DNA from: a virus
Virus record (IMG/VR): IMGVR_UViG_3300021389_000035
Span: 1 to 51,714 of that record
DNA: 51,714 nt
Direction: 5' to 3' (one strand)
The translations under genes and the position numbers were made by a program. The notes below the pieces were generated by a model. That model searched no databases. It was not told the DNA's origin and saw only the letters and a program-made list of their open reading frames with translations. Positions 16,325 through 25,323 of the stretch are shown here, in pieces. Numbering within the stretch: position 1 is the first letter of the stretch; every line of letters begins with the position of its first letter.

Positions 16325-16332
16325 GTTATACT
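16304..16332 (+). promoter_or_regulatory. sigma70-type promoter for gene 43
   Basis: TTGACA 16304-16309 (inside the terminator hairpin), 17-nt spacer, TATACT 16327-16332. Confidence 0.6.
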
Positions 16333-16360
16333 ATATACATTATTCTAAAGAAGTGAGTCT

Positions 16361-18850
16361 ATGTCCAATTTTTATACATCGGTTGTCCGTTTTGGCAACA
16401 AACTTCTGTACCGTGGTTTCGAGAACGGCAAAGAAGTAAAACGCAGAATTCCTTTCAAACCTACTCTGTTTATGTCCGGTACCGCAGAACAATCTGATGG
16501 TTGGACTACACTTGACGGACTACCCGTACAACCAATAACCTTTGACTCTATGTCCGAGGCGAAGGACTTTGACAAACGTTACGAACATGTCTCCAACTTT
16601 ACTATTGCAGGCAATACTAATTATGTTGCCCAATTCCTTGGAGAAGTCTTTCCCGATAATATTGACTATGACCGTAGTCTCATCAAGACTGCGAACCTTG
16701 ATATCGAGGTTTTCTCTCAGGATGGTTTCCCCACTCCTGGCGCGGCCGCATATCCTGTTACCGCAATCACTATGCGTCAAGACTGTGGTACGTACTGGGT
16801 CTGGGGTTGTCAGGACTATACCGTATCTCGTGATGACGTACTCTACATCAAGTGTGACAACGAAATAGATCTACTCCAAAAGTTTGTACGTCAGTTCGAA
16901 CAATACGCCCCCAATATTATTACTGGTTGGAACACACGGTTCTTCGATATTCCGTATCTGGTTAACCGTATGACTAAACTTCTCGGTGACGATACCATGG
17001 CGAAACGTATGTCTCCTTGGGGTCTTATCCGTGAACGTAATACTACCATCAACGGCAAACCCAACCAAGAGTTTGTCCTTGAGGGTATCGAACAACTTGA
17101 CTACCTCGAAGTCTTCAAGAAGTTCACCTACAATACTCTGGGTCAACAAGAATCCTATCGACTAGACCATATCGCCCACGTAGTACTGGGTGAACGCAAA
17201 CTATCCTATGAGGAACACGGTTCTCTGTTTGCCCTGTATGAGAATGACTTCCAAAAGTTCATTGACTATAACATCAAAGACGTTGAGTTGGTACATCTCC
17301 TCGATGTCAAACTTGATTTGATTTCATTAATCCTGACCATGGCCTACAAGGCGGGTGTGAACTATAACGATACTCTGGGTACGACTGCTATCTGGGACAC
17401 TATCATCTTCCGACTTCTTAATAAGAACAAGGTTGCGGTTCCTAAGAAGGTCGAGAAACCCAAGACCGCATATCCTGGCGGTTACGTGAAAGACCCACAG
17501 GTTGGTTCGCACGACTGGGTAACCTCATTCGATTTGGCATCTCTGTATCCTAACATCATTGTACAATACAATATGTCTCCGGAGACGGTGATGGACGGAT
17601 TCGTTAACAATGTCTCGGTCGATAAGTTTCTGGACGGTTCGATTGACCTGACTGACCAGAATCTAGATTATGCTCTTGCACCTACTGGTGTTAGATTCGC
17701 CCAAGATAAAGAAGGTGTGGTTCCCAAAATCATTAAAATGTATTACTCGGAACGTAGAGTAATCAAGAAGAAGATGTTGGAATGTCAACAGGAGATGCAG
17801 ACTAACCCATCTAAAACTCTAGAGTATACCATAACTTCTCTGAATAATCAACAGATGGCAATTAAGATTCTTATGAATTCACTTTATGGTGCCCTTGGGA
17901 ATCGTTGGTTCAGATATTTCGACCAAAGAGTTGCAGAGTCCATTACTCTTGCTGGTCAACTTGCAATCAAATGGGCGGAGAGAGCAGTAAACAATGAAAT
18001 GCAAAAACTTCTTAAAACGGATGAAGACTACGTTGTGGCAATTGACACCGATTCTGTTTATCTTCGTATGGGGGATCTCGTTGATAAGTTTTCTCCTAGT
18101 AATCCGGTAAAGTTTCTCGACAAGATCTGTTCGGAACACTTCGAGAAACTCCTTGTGAAGTCTTATGCGGATATGGCACTAGCGACCAATGCCTATGAGA
18201 ATCGCATGGAGATGGAACGGGAGGTAATCGCTGACCGTGGTATCTGGATGGCCAAGAAACGTTACATCCTGAACGTCCACAATAACGAAGGTGTCCAGTA
18301 CGCAGAACCCAAACTCAAGATGATGGGTATCGAGGCGATCAAGTCCAGTACTCCGCAGGTTGTCCGTGACAAGTTCAAGGAGATATTTCGGGTCATCGTA
18401 GAAGGTACCGAAGTAGACACACAACGATACATTTCGGACTTTAAGTCCCATTTTAAGACCTTACCGCCCGAAGCGGTTTCGTTCCCTCGGGGTGTATCGG
18501 ATGTGACCAAATGGTCTGACCGTAAGACTGTGTACAAGAAAGGCACTCCTATCCATGTTCGTGGTGCGTTGATGTTCAACAAAGCACTCAAGGAAAGTTC
18601 TCTGACCAAACGGTACGAGACTATCAAGAATGGTGAGAAGATTAAGTTTTGTTACCTGAAGATGCCTAATCCAATCGGTGAGAATGTAATCTCTTATCCA
18701 CTGAACCTTCCCCGTGAACTTGGACTGGATAAATATATCAATTATGATATGATGTTCAACAAAACATTCCTTGACCCACTCACTCCCATTCTGGATGCGG
18801 TTGGTTGGGATTCTGAACCTCAGGCGTCACTAGAGGATTTCTTTGGTTGA
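16361..18850 (+). CDS. gp43: gp43 family-B DNA polymerase
   Basis: 829 aa. Exo I LDIEV, Exo [11 protein letters not shown], motif [11 protein letters not shown], motif [13 protein letters not shown], motif [10 protein letters not shown]. Confidence 0.95.
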   Translation: MSNFYTSVVRFGNKLLYRGFENGKEVKRRIPFKPTLFMSGTAEQSDGWTTLDGLPVQPITFDSMSEAKDFDKRYEHVSNFTIAGNTNYVAQFLGEVFPDNIDYDRSLIKTANLDIEVFSQDGFPTPGAAAYPVTAITMRQDCGTYWVWGCQDYTVSRDDVLYIKCDNEIDLLQKFVRQFEQYAPNIITGWNTRFFDIPYLVNRMTKLLGDDTMAKRMSPWGLIRERNTTINGKPNQEFVLEGIEQLDYLEVFKKFTYNTLGQQESYRLDHIAHVVLGERKLSYEEHGSLFALYENDFQKFIDYNIKDVELVHLLDVKLDLISLILTMAYKAGVNYNDTLGTTAIWDTIIFRLLNKNKVAVPKKVEKPKTAYPGGYVKDPQVGSHDWVTSFDLASLYPNIIVQYNMSPETVMDGFVNNVSVDKFLDGSIDLTDQNLDYALAPTGVRFAQDKEGVVPKIIKMYYSERRVIKKKMLECQQEMQTNPSKTLEYTITSLNNQQMAIKILMNSLYGALGNRWFRYFDQRVAESITLAGQLAIKWAERAVNNEMQKLLKTDEDYVVAIDTDSVYLRMGDLVDKFSPSNPVKFLDKICSEHFEKLLVKSYADMALATNAYENRMEMEREVIADRGIWMAKKRYILNVHNNEGVQYAEPKLKMMGIEAIKSSTPQVVRDKFKEIFRVIVEGTEVDTQRYISDFKSHFKTLPPEAVSFPRGVSDVTKWSDRKTVYKKGTPIHVRGALMFNKALKESSLTKRYETIKNGEKIKFCYLKMPNPIGENVISYPLNLPRELGLDKYINYDMMFNKTFLDPLTPILDAVGWDSEPQASLEDFFG

Positions 18851-18875
18851 CAGGTGGTCGATTATTTGATATAAT
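18847..18875 (+). promoter_or_regulatory. sigma70-type promoter for ORF 18882 (predicted leaderless transcript)
   Basis: TTGACA 18847-18852 (contains the polymerase TGA stop), 17-nt spacer, TATAAT 18870-18875. The ATG at 18882 is 6 nt after the -10. Confidence 0.65.
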
Positions 18876-18881
18876 GTATCT

Positions 18882-19826
18882 ATGAATTATGAATTAACTA
18901 TATTTAAATCTCAGTTCGATAACAAGACTCACCGAACAATGTCTCTGAAGAGTTGGGACAAGTTCGTTGAGTTGTTGTATGGATTGAGTCAAACTAAAGG
19001 TGAAAAGGGTGGTAGAAATTCTAGTCCTCTTATTACTCCTGCTGTGTTTGAAACCGATAGCACACGTAGTAATAAATCTACTTTATATTGGGGTGGTTGG
19101 TGCGCTGTTGATGTGGACGACCATAATTTTACTAATGATATATTGTCTCTAAAGGAACAGTTAATTGATAGGTTTCGCGATCTGGACTTCATCTGTTATA
19201 GTACTGCTAGTTCTAGGGCTCAGTATCTTAAATTCAGGATTGTCTTCCGACTATCGGAAACTATTGAACGAGATACGATCAAATCCTTCTGGTACGCCCT
19301 TAATACTGAAATTGGAGAAATTGGTGACCCGCAAACAAAAGATCTTGCACGGATGTACTATGTTCCTGCAATATATCCTAGTTCTACTAATTTCTTCTTC
19401 TCTCATCTGGGCGGCAATCCAATTAATGTGGGTGAACTGATTGCCAGACATCCTTATGTACAGAAGACCGGTAACTCTTTCCTAGATAGACTGCCACCAG
19501 AGATGCAGAAGGCAGTAGTAGAACATCGTAAGAATAGTCTAAATAATACTAACTTCAATTGGACTTCGTATCGCGATTGTCCGTTCTGGCCTAAAAGGTT
19601 GGGTATAGAATACCAGACCATTTCTGAAACTGGTTGGTATGCTAAAATGTACGCGATAATGATTGCGATTGCCGGAAGTGCGGTAAGTAGAGGTTACCCC
19701 ATATCATCAAACCAAATCTCTCGGTTATGTGAAGAGTTTGATAAGGAAACAGGAAACTGGTACGAGAACCGTCCTCTCAGTGTAGAGGCAGATCGTGCAT
19801 TAGAATACGTTTATAGGAACGGATAA
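18882..19826 (+). CDS. putative archaeo-eukaryotic-primase (prim-pol / VirE-N)-like protein, tentative
   Basis: 314 aa. WGGWCAVDVDDH (DxD) and KFRIVFRLS...GDPQTKDLARMYYVP resemble AEP/VirE-N catalytic motifs. Adjacent to the polymerase. Confidence 0.35.
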   Translation: MNYELTIFKSQFDNKTHRTMSLKSWDKFVELLYGLSQTKGEKGGRNSSPLITPAVFETDSTRSNKSTLYWGGWCAVDVDDHNFTNDILSLKEQLIDRFRDLDFICYSTASSRAQYLKFRIVFRLSETIERDTIKSFWYALNTEIGEIGDPQTKDLARMYYVPAIYPSSTNFFFSHLGGNPINVGELIARHPYVQKTGNSFLDRLPPEMQKAVVEHRKNSLNNTNFNWTSYRDCPFWPKRLGIEYQTISETGWYAKMYAIMIAIAGSAVSRGYPISSNQISRLCEEFDKETGNWYENRPLSVEADRALEYVYRNG

Positions 19827-20764
19827 TGAGAAAATATTTAGTAACAGGTGCGGCAGGATTCATCGGATCGCAATTATGTAACAGATTAAAACGAGAAGGT
19901 CATTGGGTTATTGGTATGGATAATTACAATGACCATTTGTATAGTCCCACACTGAAACATCATCGTGTCGAACATTTTGGTATCGATGTCTTGAATGTGG
20001 ATCTTCGTAATGAAGAAGAGATGGACAATCTCATCGACGGTATTAATCCCACGGATATTATTCACCTTGCAGCACATGCCGGTGTGCGTGATTCGTTTGG
20101 TAAAGAAAAACAATATCATGCAAACAATATCGATGGTACTCAGAATCTTATTGATGCCTGTAAGAGACATGCACCGGACGCACGTATTGTATATGCGTCA
20201 ACCTCTTGTGTCTTTGCGGGTTCCGAACTACCTTGGACAGAAGGTAGGGAGACTGGTAAACAGTTGAATCCTTATGGATGGACTAAATGGGCCAATGAAT
20301 GTCAGATGCAGGGGTCTGGTCTACACACTATTGGTCTGAGATTCTTTACTGTATATGGCCCTTGGGGTCGTCCGGATATGGCACTGTTTGACTTCACCAA
20401 AAATATACTTGCCGAGAAACCAATAACAGTGTATAATTATGGTGATATGAAACGTGATTTTACATACGTAGAAGATATCCTAGATGGTATAGAATGTGTG
20501 TTGAATAATGATGTGGACGCAGGTGAGATATTTAATATTGGTCGTGGTGCACCAGTTCAACTTATGGACTTCATTTCAGAGATCGAAAAGAATACGGGCA
20601 AGTCCGCAATCAAGTTGATGGCACCACAACATCCCGCAGACACATTAGAGACTTTTTCTAACACAAGTAAGTTAGAAACACTTGGTTATCATCCTACTAC
20701 TAATATAGAAGATGGTATCCGTAATTTTTATAAATGGTATATGGAGTACAATAGTGGCAGATGA
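19826..20764 (+). CDS. NAD-dependent epimerase/dehydratase, UDP-glucuronate 4-epimerase-like
   Basis: 312 aa. TGAAGFIGS Rossmann motif, YGWTK (YxxxK). N-terminal pattern GH.V.GMDN.ND.LY...LK..R is typical of UDP-GlcA 4-epimerases. Confidence 0.8.
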   Translation: MRKYLVTGAAGFIGSQLCNRLKREGHWVIGMDNYNDHLYSPTLKHHRVEHFGIDVLNVDLRNEEEMDNLIDGINPTDIIHLAAHAGVRDSFGKEKQYHANNIDGTQNLIDACKRHAPDARIVYASTSCVFAGSELPWTEGRETGKQLNPYGWTKWANECQMQGSGLHTIGLRFFTVYGPWGRPDMALFDFTKNILAEKPITVYNYGDMKRDFTYVEDILDGIECVLNNDVDAGEIFNIGRGAPVQLMDFISEIEKNTGKSAIKLMAPQHPADTLETFSNTSKLETLGYHPTTNIEDGIRNFYKWYMEYNSGR

Positions 20765-21695
20765 TTTTGATGAATATGTTCCCGAGAAACCCGAAGGTGA
20801 ATCTCAACCCGAAGGTGTGAGTAAGAAGAATCCTTTACGTATGGGTATCGTGGGACATGGGTTTGTAGGTAAGGCTGTAGAATATGCGTTCTATCATCCT
20901 ATGGTAGAACACTTTATTGTTGATCCGAATAACCAAACTACTATCGATGATCTTGTGAAGTATAAACCACAGATTGCGTTTATCGCTGCACCTACTCCAC
21001 AGAACTCAGAGACGGGTTTTGTGGACGCGTCTATTGTAGAAGATGCGGTACTCAAGTTGATGTACCATACTAACGCACTTGTTGTTGTCAAATCAACAAT
21101 CACTCCCGACATTGTGGATAGAATATACAATTCAATCGAACCTCAAGACTTTGATCGATTCGTGTACAATCCCGAATTCCTGACAGAAAAGTCTGCATGT
21201 GAAGATTTCGTCAATGCGGAACATCATGTGTTTGGTGGTACGGATCCTGCGTGTAATGAACTACAACAGATCTATGATATCTTTAGTGGGTGTAAGTCCG
21301 ACAAATACTATCGTATGTCTGGGTGCGAGGCATCCTTTGTTAAGTATGCGACCAATTCCTATCTTGCAACTAAATTGACATTCTTCAACCAGTTGAAAGA
21401 GTTGGTGGATTCATTCGATTGTAGTTATAATATGATTACTCGTGCAATGGGTGCGGATGATCGTATCGGCATCAAACATACCCGTGTGCCTGGCCCTGAT
21501 AAGAAACGTGGGTTTGGTGGTGCATGTCTACCCAAAGACACTATGGCACTTCTGAAGTTTTCCGAATCTCGGGGAGAAAAGTTCGATCTGTTGGAAAATG
21601 TCTTGACAATCAACAACAAATATCGTATAATATACGAGTTAGATGAACGTGAAAAAGTAAATAATATATCATTTGGAGATGAGAAAGACGTATGA
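20754..21695 (+). CDS. ugd: UDP-glucose/GDP-mannose dehydrogenase family protein (UDP-glucose 6-dehydrogenase-like)
   Basis: GIVGHGFVG Rossmann motif. Catalytic-Cys motif GFGGACLPKD. Start uncertain: GTG 20754 with GGAG 8 nt upstream, or ATG 20841. Confidence 0.8.
   Translation: MADDFDEYVPEKPEGESQPEGVSKKNPLRMGIVGHGFVGKAVEYAFYHPMVEHFIVDPNNQTTIDDLVKYKPQIAFIAAPTPQNSETGFVDASIVEDAVLKLMYHTNALVVVKSTITPDIVDRIYNSIEPQDFDRFVYNPEFLTEKSACEDFVNAEHHVFGGTDPACNELQQIYDIFSGCKSDKYYRMSGCEASFVKYATNSYLATKLTFFNQLKELVDSFDCSYNMITRAMGADDRIGIKHTRVPGPDKKRGFGGACLPKDTMALLKFSESRGEKFDLLENVLTINNKYRIIYELDEREKVNNISFGDEKDV
21603..21631 (+). promoter_or_regulatory. sigma70-type promoter for uvsX
   Basis: TTGACA 21603-21608, 17-nt spacer, TATAAT 21626-21631, inside the 3' end of the dehydrogenase gene. 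Confidence 0.6.
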
Positions 21696-22759
21696 GTATA
21701 ATGAATAAATTGAAGAAGAACTCCAAGGTCAAGAGTGCCGAGGTTATGTCAAAGAGTAAGTTCTTCACAGAAAAGGATATGGTTTCTACAGATGTACCTA
21801 TGGTCAATGTCGCATTGTCCGGTTCTATTGACGGTGGTGTTACGCCTGGACTGACCGTCCTCGCAGGGCCATCTAAACACTTTAAAACATCATTTGCACT
21901 ACTTATGGCTGGTGCATACTTACGGGAGAGAAAAGATGCAGTTATTTTATTCTACGATAGTGAGTTCGGTTCACCCCAATCTTATTTCGAACAGTTTGGA
22001 ATTGACACTAGTCGTGTTCTTCACACTCCTATCACGAATGTAGAGGAACTAAAGTTTGACCTTATCTCTCAACTAGAAGAGATTGACCGTGATGATGACG
22101 TTATCATTGTAATCGATTCTATTGGTAACCTTGCGTCTAAGAAAGAACTCGATGATGCATTGGCAGAGAAGGGTGTTGCGGACATGTCACGTGCGAAGGC
22201 ATTGAAGGGTCTGTTCCGTATGTCAACACCATACCTTGCAATGAAAAACATTCCTATGTTGGCTATCAACCACACCTATAAAGAGATCGGTCTCTTTCCG
22301 AAGGATGTTGTTGGTGGTGGTACTGGTATCTATTATAGTGCTGATACTATCTGGATTATTGGTCGTAGACAGACTAAGACGGGTACCGAAGTTACTGGTT
22401 ATGATTTCGTAGTCAACATCGAGAAGTCTCGTTACCTCAAAGAGAAGTCTAAGATTCCTATCTCAGTATCTTGGGATGGTGGTGTCGAGAAGAACTCTGG
22501 ACTACTTGATGTTGCTCTTGCCGGTGGATATGTTTTCAAACCAAGTAATGGTTGGTACCAACGTGTAGACAAAAGTACCGGAGAACTAGTTGACCCGAAG
22601 GTTCGACAGAAAGATACTCTGACCGATGAGTTCTGGGCACCTATTTGGGAATTTACAGACTTTGCAGAATTTATTAAGAAACAATATCAAATTGGATTGC
22701 CAACGCAAGTAGATCCTGATATAATAGTACAAATAGATGGTGAAGATATAAATGATTAA
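21692..22759 (+). CDS. uvsX: UvsX RecA-like recombinase
   Basis: 355 aa. Strongly collinear with T4 UvsX (SKFFTEKD..., LAGPSKHFKTS, FYDSEFG, IDSIGNLASKKE, AINHTY, GGGTG.YYSADT). Confidence 0.95.
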   Translation: MSIMNKLKKNSKVKSAEVMSKSKFFTEKDMVSTDVPMVNVALSGSIDGGVTPGLTVLAGPSKHFKTSFALLMAGAYLRERKDAVILFYDSEFGSPQSYFEQFGIDTSRVLHTPITNVEELKFDLISQLEEIDRDDDVIIVIDSIGNLASKKELDDALAEKGVADMSRAKALKGLFRMSTPYLAMKNIPMLAINHTYKEIGLFPKDVVGGGTGIYYSADTIWIIGRRQTKTGTEVTGYDFVVNIEKSRYLKEKSKIPISVSWDGGVEKNSGLLDVALAGGYVFKPSNGWYQRVDKSTGELVDPKVRQKDTLTDEFWAPIWEFTDFAEFIKKQYQIGLPTQVDPDIIVQIDGEDIND

Positions 22760-23123
22760 TCTCGACAAGGTGAGTGAGGGGGTTGACTATGAGTTGATCC
22801 CTGTCGAATATGTAGATAATGAGGCCGCGTGGGATGTTCGCATCCTGCGTGGTGAGTTTACCGAAACCGTGTTACGTTTTGGCACGATCAAGTATGATGG
22901 AGAACGCGATTGTCTTACCTTTGACTTTCGTGTAGTAGAATCTCCGGATGATGAGTTGGATTCTTCTAGTGAAGACCTCCAAGAATTCTCTGGTTCTATT
23001 CTAGAAGATATACTTGAACGTGGTATAAATGAAGGTTGGGTGTACGGTACTGAGAAAAAGAATGGAGAAAACGTTGGAGATCAATCTAGAACAAACGATT
23101 CTACGGAATCTATTGACGAATGA
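22752..23123 (+). CDS. hypothetical acidic protein
   Basis: 123-aa ORF overlapping the uvsX stop by 8 nt. Its last ~62 nt overlap the likely gp41 start out of frame. Confidence 0.5.
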   Translation: MINLDKVSEGVDYELIPVEYVDNEAAWDVRILRGEFTETVLRFGTIKYDGERDCLTFDFRVVESPDDELDSSSEDLQEFSGSILEDILERGINEGWVYGTEKKNGENVGDQSRTNDSTESIDE

Positions 23124-24468
23124 TGCATATGCTAGAAAAGTTGCAGCGTTCTTAACACCCGATTATTTTGAAGGGGTCTATAAAGGTCTCTTCAATGAAT
23201 TCACTAAGTTTATTGCAAAGTATAATAAACTCCCCACAATGGAAGCATTTAAGATTGAGGTCGATGAAGGTGATCGTCTCAACGATGAACAATATCGTCA
23301 TGCAATCGAGATACTTCCAAACATCTTTACTGCTGAGACAGAGAACCTTGACTGGTTGATTGATCGTACCGAGAAGTGGTGTCAAGACCGTGCGGTCTAC
23401 AATTCTATCATGGAGTCTATCTCTATCATTGATGGCAAACACCAGACATTATCTAAGAATGCGATTCCTGATATTCTATCTAAGGCACTGGGTGTTACAT
23501 TTGATACTAACATCGGTCACGACTATCTGGAGAATGTTGATGGTCGATACGATTTCTACCATGAACAGGAAGAACGTACTCCGTTTGACTTAGATCTATT
23601 CAATCAGATCACCAAGGGTGGTATACCCAATAAGACCCTGAACATTGCCCTTGCGGGTACAGGTGTCGGTAAGTCTCTGTTTATGTGTCACTGTGCGGGT
23701 GCAGCTCTGTCTATGGGTAAGAACGTATTGTACATCACCATGGAGATGGCAGAAGAACGTATCGCAGAACGTATCGATGCGAATCTATTGAACGTACCGA
23801 TTGATCAGTTAGAGAATCTATCTAAAGATATGTTCACACAGAAAGTGAGTCAGATCTCTGCAAAGACCAACGGTAGGTTGATCATCAAAGAATATCCTAC
23901 CGGTCAAGCAAATGCGTCTCACTTCCGTGCACTACTGAACGAACTGAAGTTGAAGAAGAACTTCGTACCGGATATGATCTATATCGATTATCTAAATATC
24001 TGTTCATCTTCACGGATGAAAGCGATGGGTGGTTCTATCAACTCATATACCTATATCAAGTCTATTGCAGAAGAACTGCGTGGTCTTGCGGTAGAGTTTG
24101 ATGTTCCGGTTATGTCTGCGACTCAGACTACTCGTGGTGGTTATGGTAATGATGACGTGGGTCTGGAGGATACTTCAGAATCATTTGGTCTACCTGCTAC
24201 TGCCGATCTTATGTTTGCATTGATCAGTAATGATGAACTTTCAAACAATGGTCAGATACTAGTTAAACAATTGAAGAATCGTTATAACGATGTTGGTTCT
24301 AATCAACGATTTGTGGTGGGTATTGATCGTTCTAAGATGCGTCTGTTTGATGTAGACCAAAACGATTCACCTCTTAATAAAGAAGAAGACCATGGCCCTG
24401 CATTTGATAATTCAAACTCAGGACAAAGACTGAAGTCGGAAAATAGATTTGGAGATTTTAAACTATGA
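23062..24468 (+). CDS. gp41: gp41 DnaB-like replicative helicase
   Basis: Walker A LAGTGVGKS, YITMEMAEE..AERIDANLL, LNELKLKKNFVP nearly identical in pattern to T4 gp41. ATG 23062 chosen by N-terminal alignment (track start 23029). Confidence 0.9.
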   Translation: MEKTLEINLEQTILRNLLTNDAYARKVAAFLTPDYFEGVYKGLFNEFTKFIAKYNKLPTMEAFKIEVDEGDRLNDEQYRHAIEILPNIFTAETENLDWLIDRTEKWCQDRAVYNSIMESISIIDGKHQTLSKNAIPDILSKALGVTFDTNIGHDYLENVDGRYDFYHEQEERTPFDLDLFNQITKGGIPNKTLNIALAGTGVGKSLFMCHCAGAALSMGKNVLYITMEMAEERIAERIDANLLNVPIDQLENLSKDMFTQKVSQISAKTNGRLIIKEYPTGQANASHFRALLNELKLKKNFVPDMIYIDYLNICSSSRMKAMGGSINSYTYIKSIAEELRGLAVEFDVPVMSATQTTRGGYGNDDVGLEDTSESFGLPATADLMFALISNDELSNNGQILVKQLKNRYNDVGSNQRFVVGIDRSKMRLFDVDQNDSPLNKEEDHGPAFDNSNSGQRLKSENRFGDFKL

Positions 24469-24629
24469 GTCCAGAATATCAAACATTAATAACTCTTGCC
24501 TTGATGATTGGTGCCTACTATTTGGGTAATCATCTTGGTAAGTTAAGGGGAGTTGAACTTGCCATTATTTGGTATGAACAACAAGGTATAATATTAACAC
24601 TAGATGAGGAAGAAGAAGAAGATGAGTGA
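24465..24629 (+). CDS. 54-aa membrane mini-protein with acidic tail
   Basis: Hand-translated MSPEYQTLITLALMIGAYYLGNHLGKLRGVELAIIWYEQQGIILTLDEEEEEDE. ATGA overlap with gp41 and an 8-nt overlap with thyX fill an otherwise empty gap. Confidence 0.5.
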   Translation: MSPEYQTLITLALMIGAYYLGNHLGKLRGVELAIIWYEQQGIILTLDEEEEEDE

Positions 24630-25323
24630 AGTGAATTTGGTTGCAATTAGTAAACCGAATGTTGGAGTGACTGACAGTTGGGATGCAAATGAGTTGATTG
24701 CATATACCGCACGGGTGAGTAATCCTGCTAACCAGAGTAACCGTGACACCGCACCAAAGTTGTTGAGGTATCTAATCAAACATCAACATTGGTCGCCATT
24801 TGAGATGGTGCATATGACTCTTGAAATCAAAACGACACGTGATATCTCTCGACAGATTATTCGTCACCGTTCGTTTTCATATCAAGAATTCTCCCAACGT
24901 TATGCAGAGAGTGAGAACTTCTCTACTCGTATGGCGAGAATGCAAGATCCTAAGAACCGTCAAGCATCTGTTGATATTGCAGAGGAATATGGTGTTGGTA
25001 GTGAGGGTGTTAAATCGAGTCAGAATGGTTTGGTTGAAAATTGGAATATGAAACAAAGGAAGGTTATTTCAGCTGCGAAGGAAGCATATAACTGGGCACT
25101 AGATAATGGTATCGCAAAGGAACAGGCACGTGTGGTGTTACCCGAAGGTAATACGTGTACTACACTGTACATGGCAGGATCTTTGCGTTCTTGGATTCAC
25201 TTCTGTCAGTTGCGTATGGGTATCGAAACTCAGAAGGAACATCGTATTGTTGCGGAACAGTGTTGGGAACATATCAAAACACATTTCCCTGATATAGCAG
25301 AGGCGGTAATGGAAAATGAGTAA
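24622..25323 (+). CDS. thyX: flavin-dependent thymidylate synthase ThyX
   Basis: ThyX signature RHRSFSYQEFSQRY. ATG 24622 (MSEVNLVAISKP) preferred over the track start 24604. Confidence 0.9.
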   Translation: MSEVNLVAISKPNVGVTDSWDANELIAYTARVSNPANQSNRDTAPKLLRYLIKHQHWSPFEMVHMTLEIKTTRDISRQIIRHRSFSYQEFSQRYAESENFSTRMARMQDPKNRQASVDIAEEYGVGSEGVKSSQNGLVENWNMKQRKVISAAKEAYNWALDNGIAKEQARVVLPEGNTCTTLYMAGSLRSWIHFCQLRMGIETQKEHRIVAEQCWEHIKTHFPDIAEAVMENE

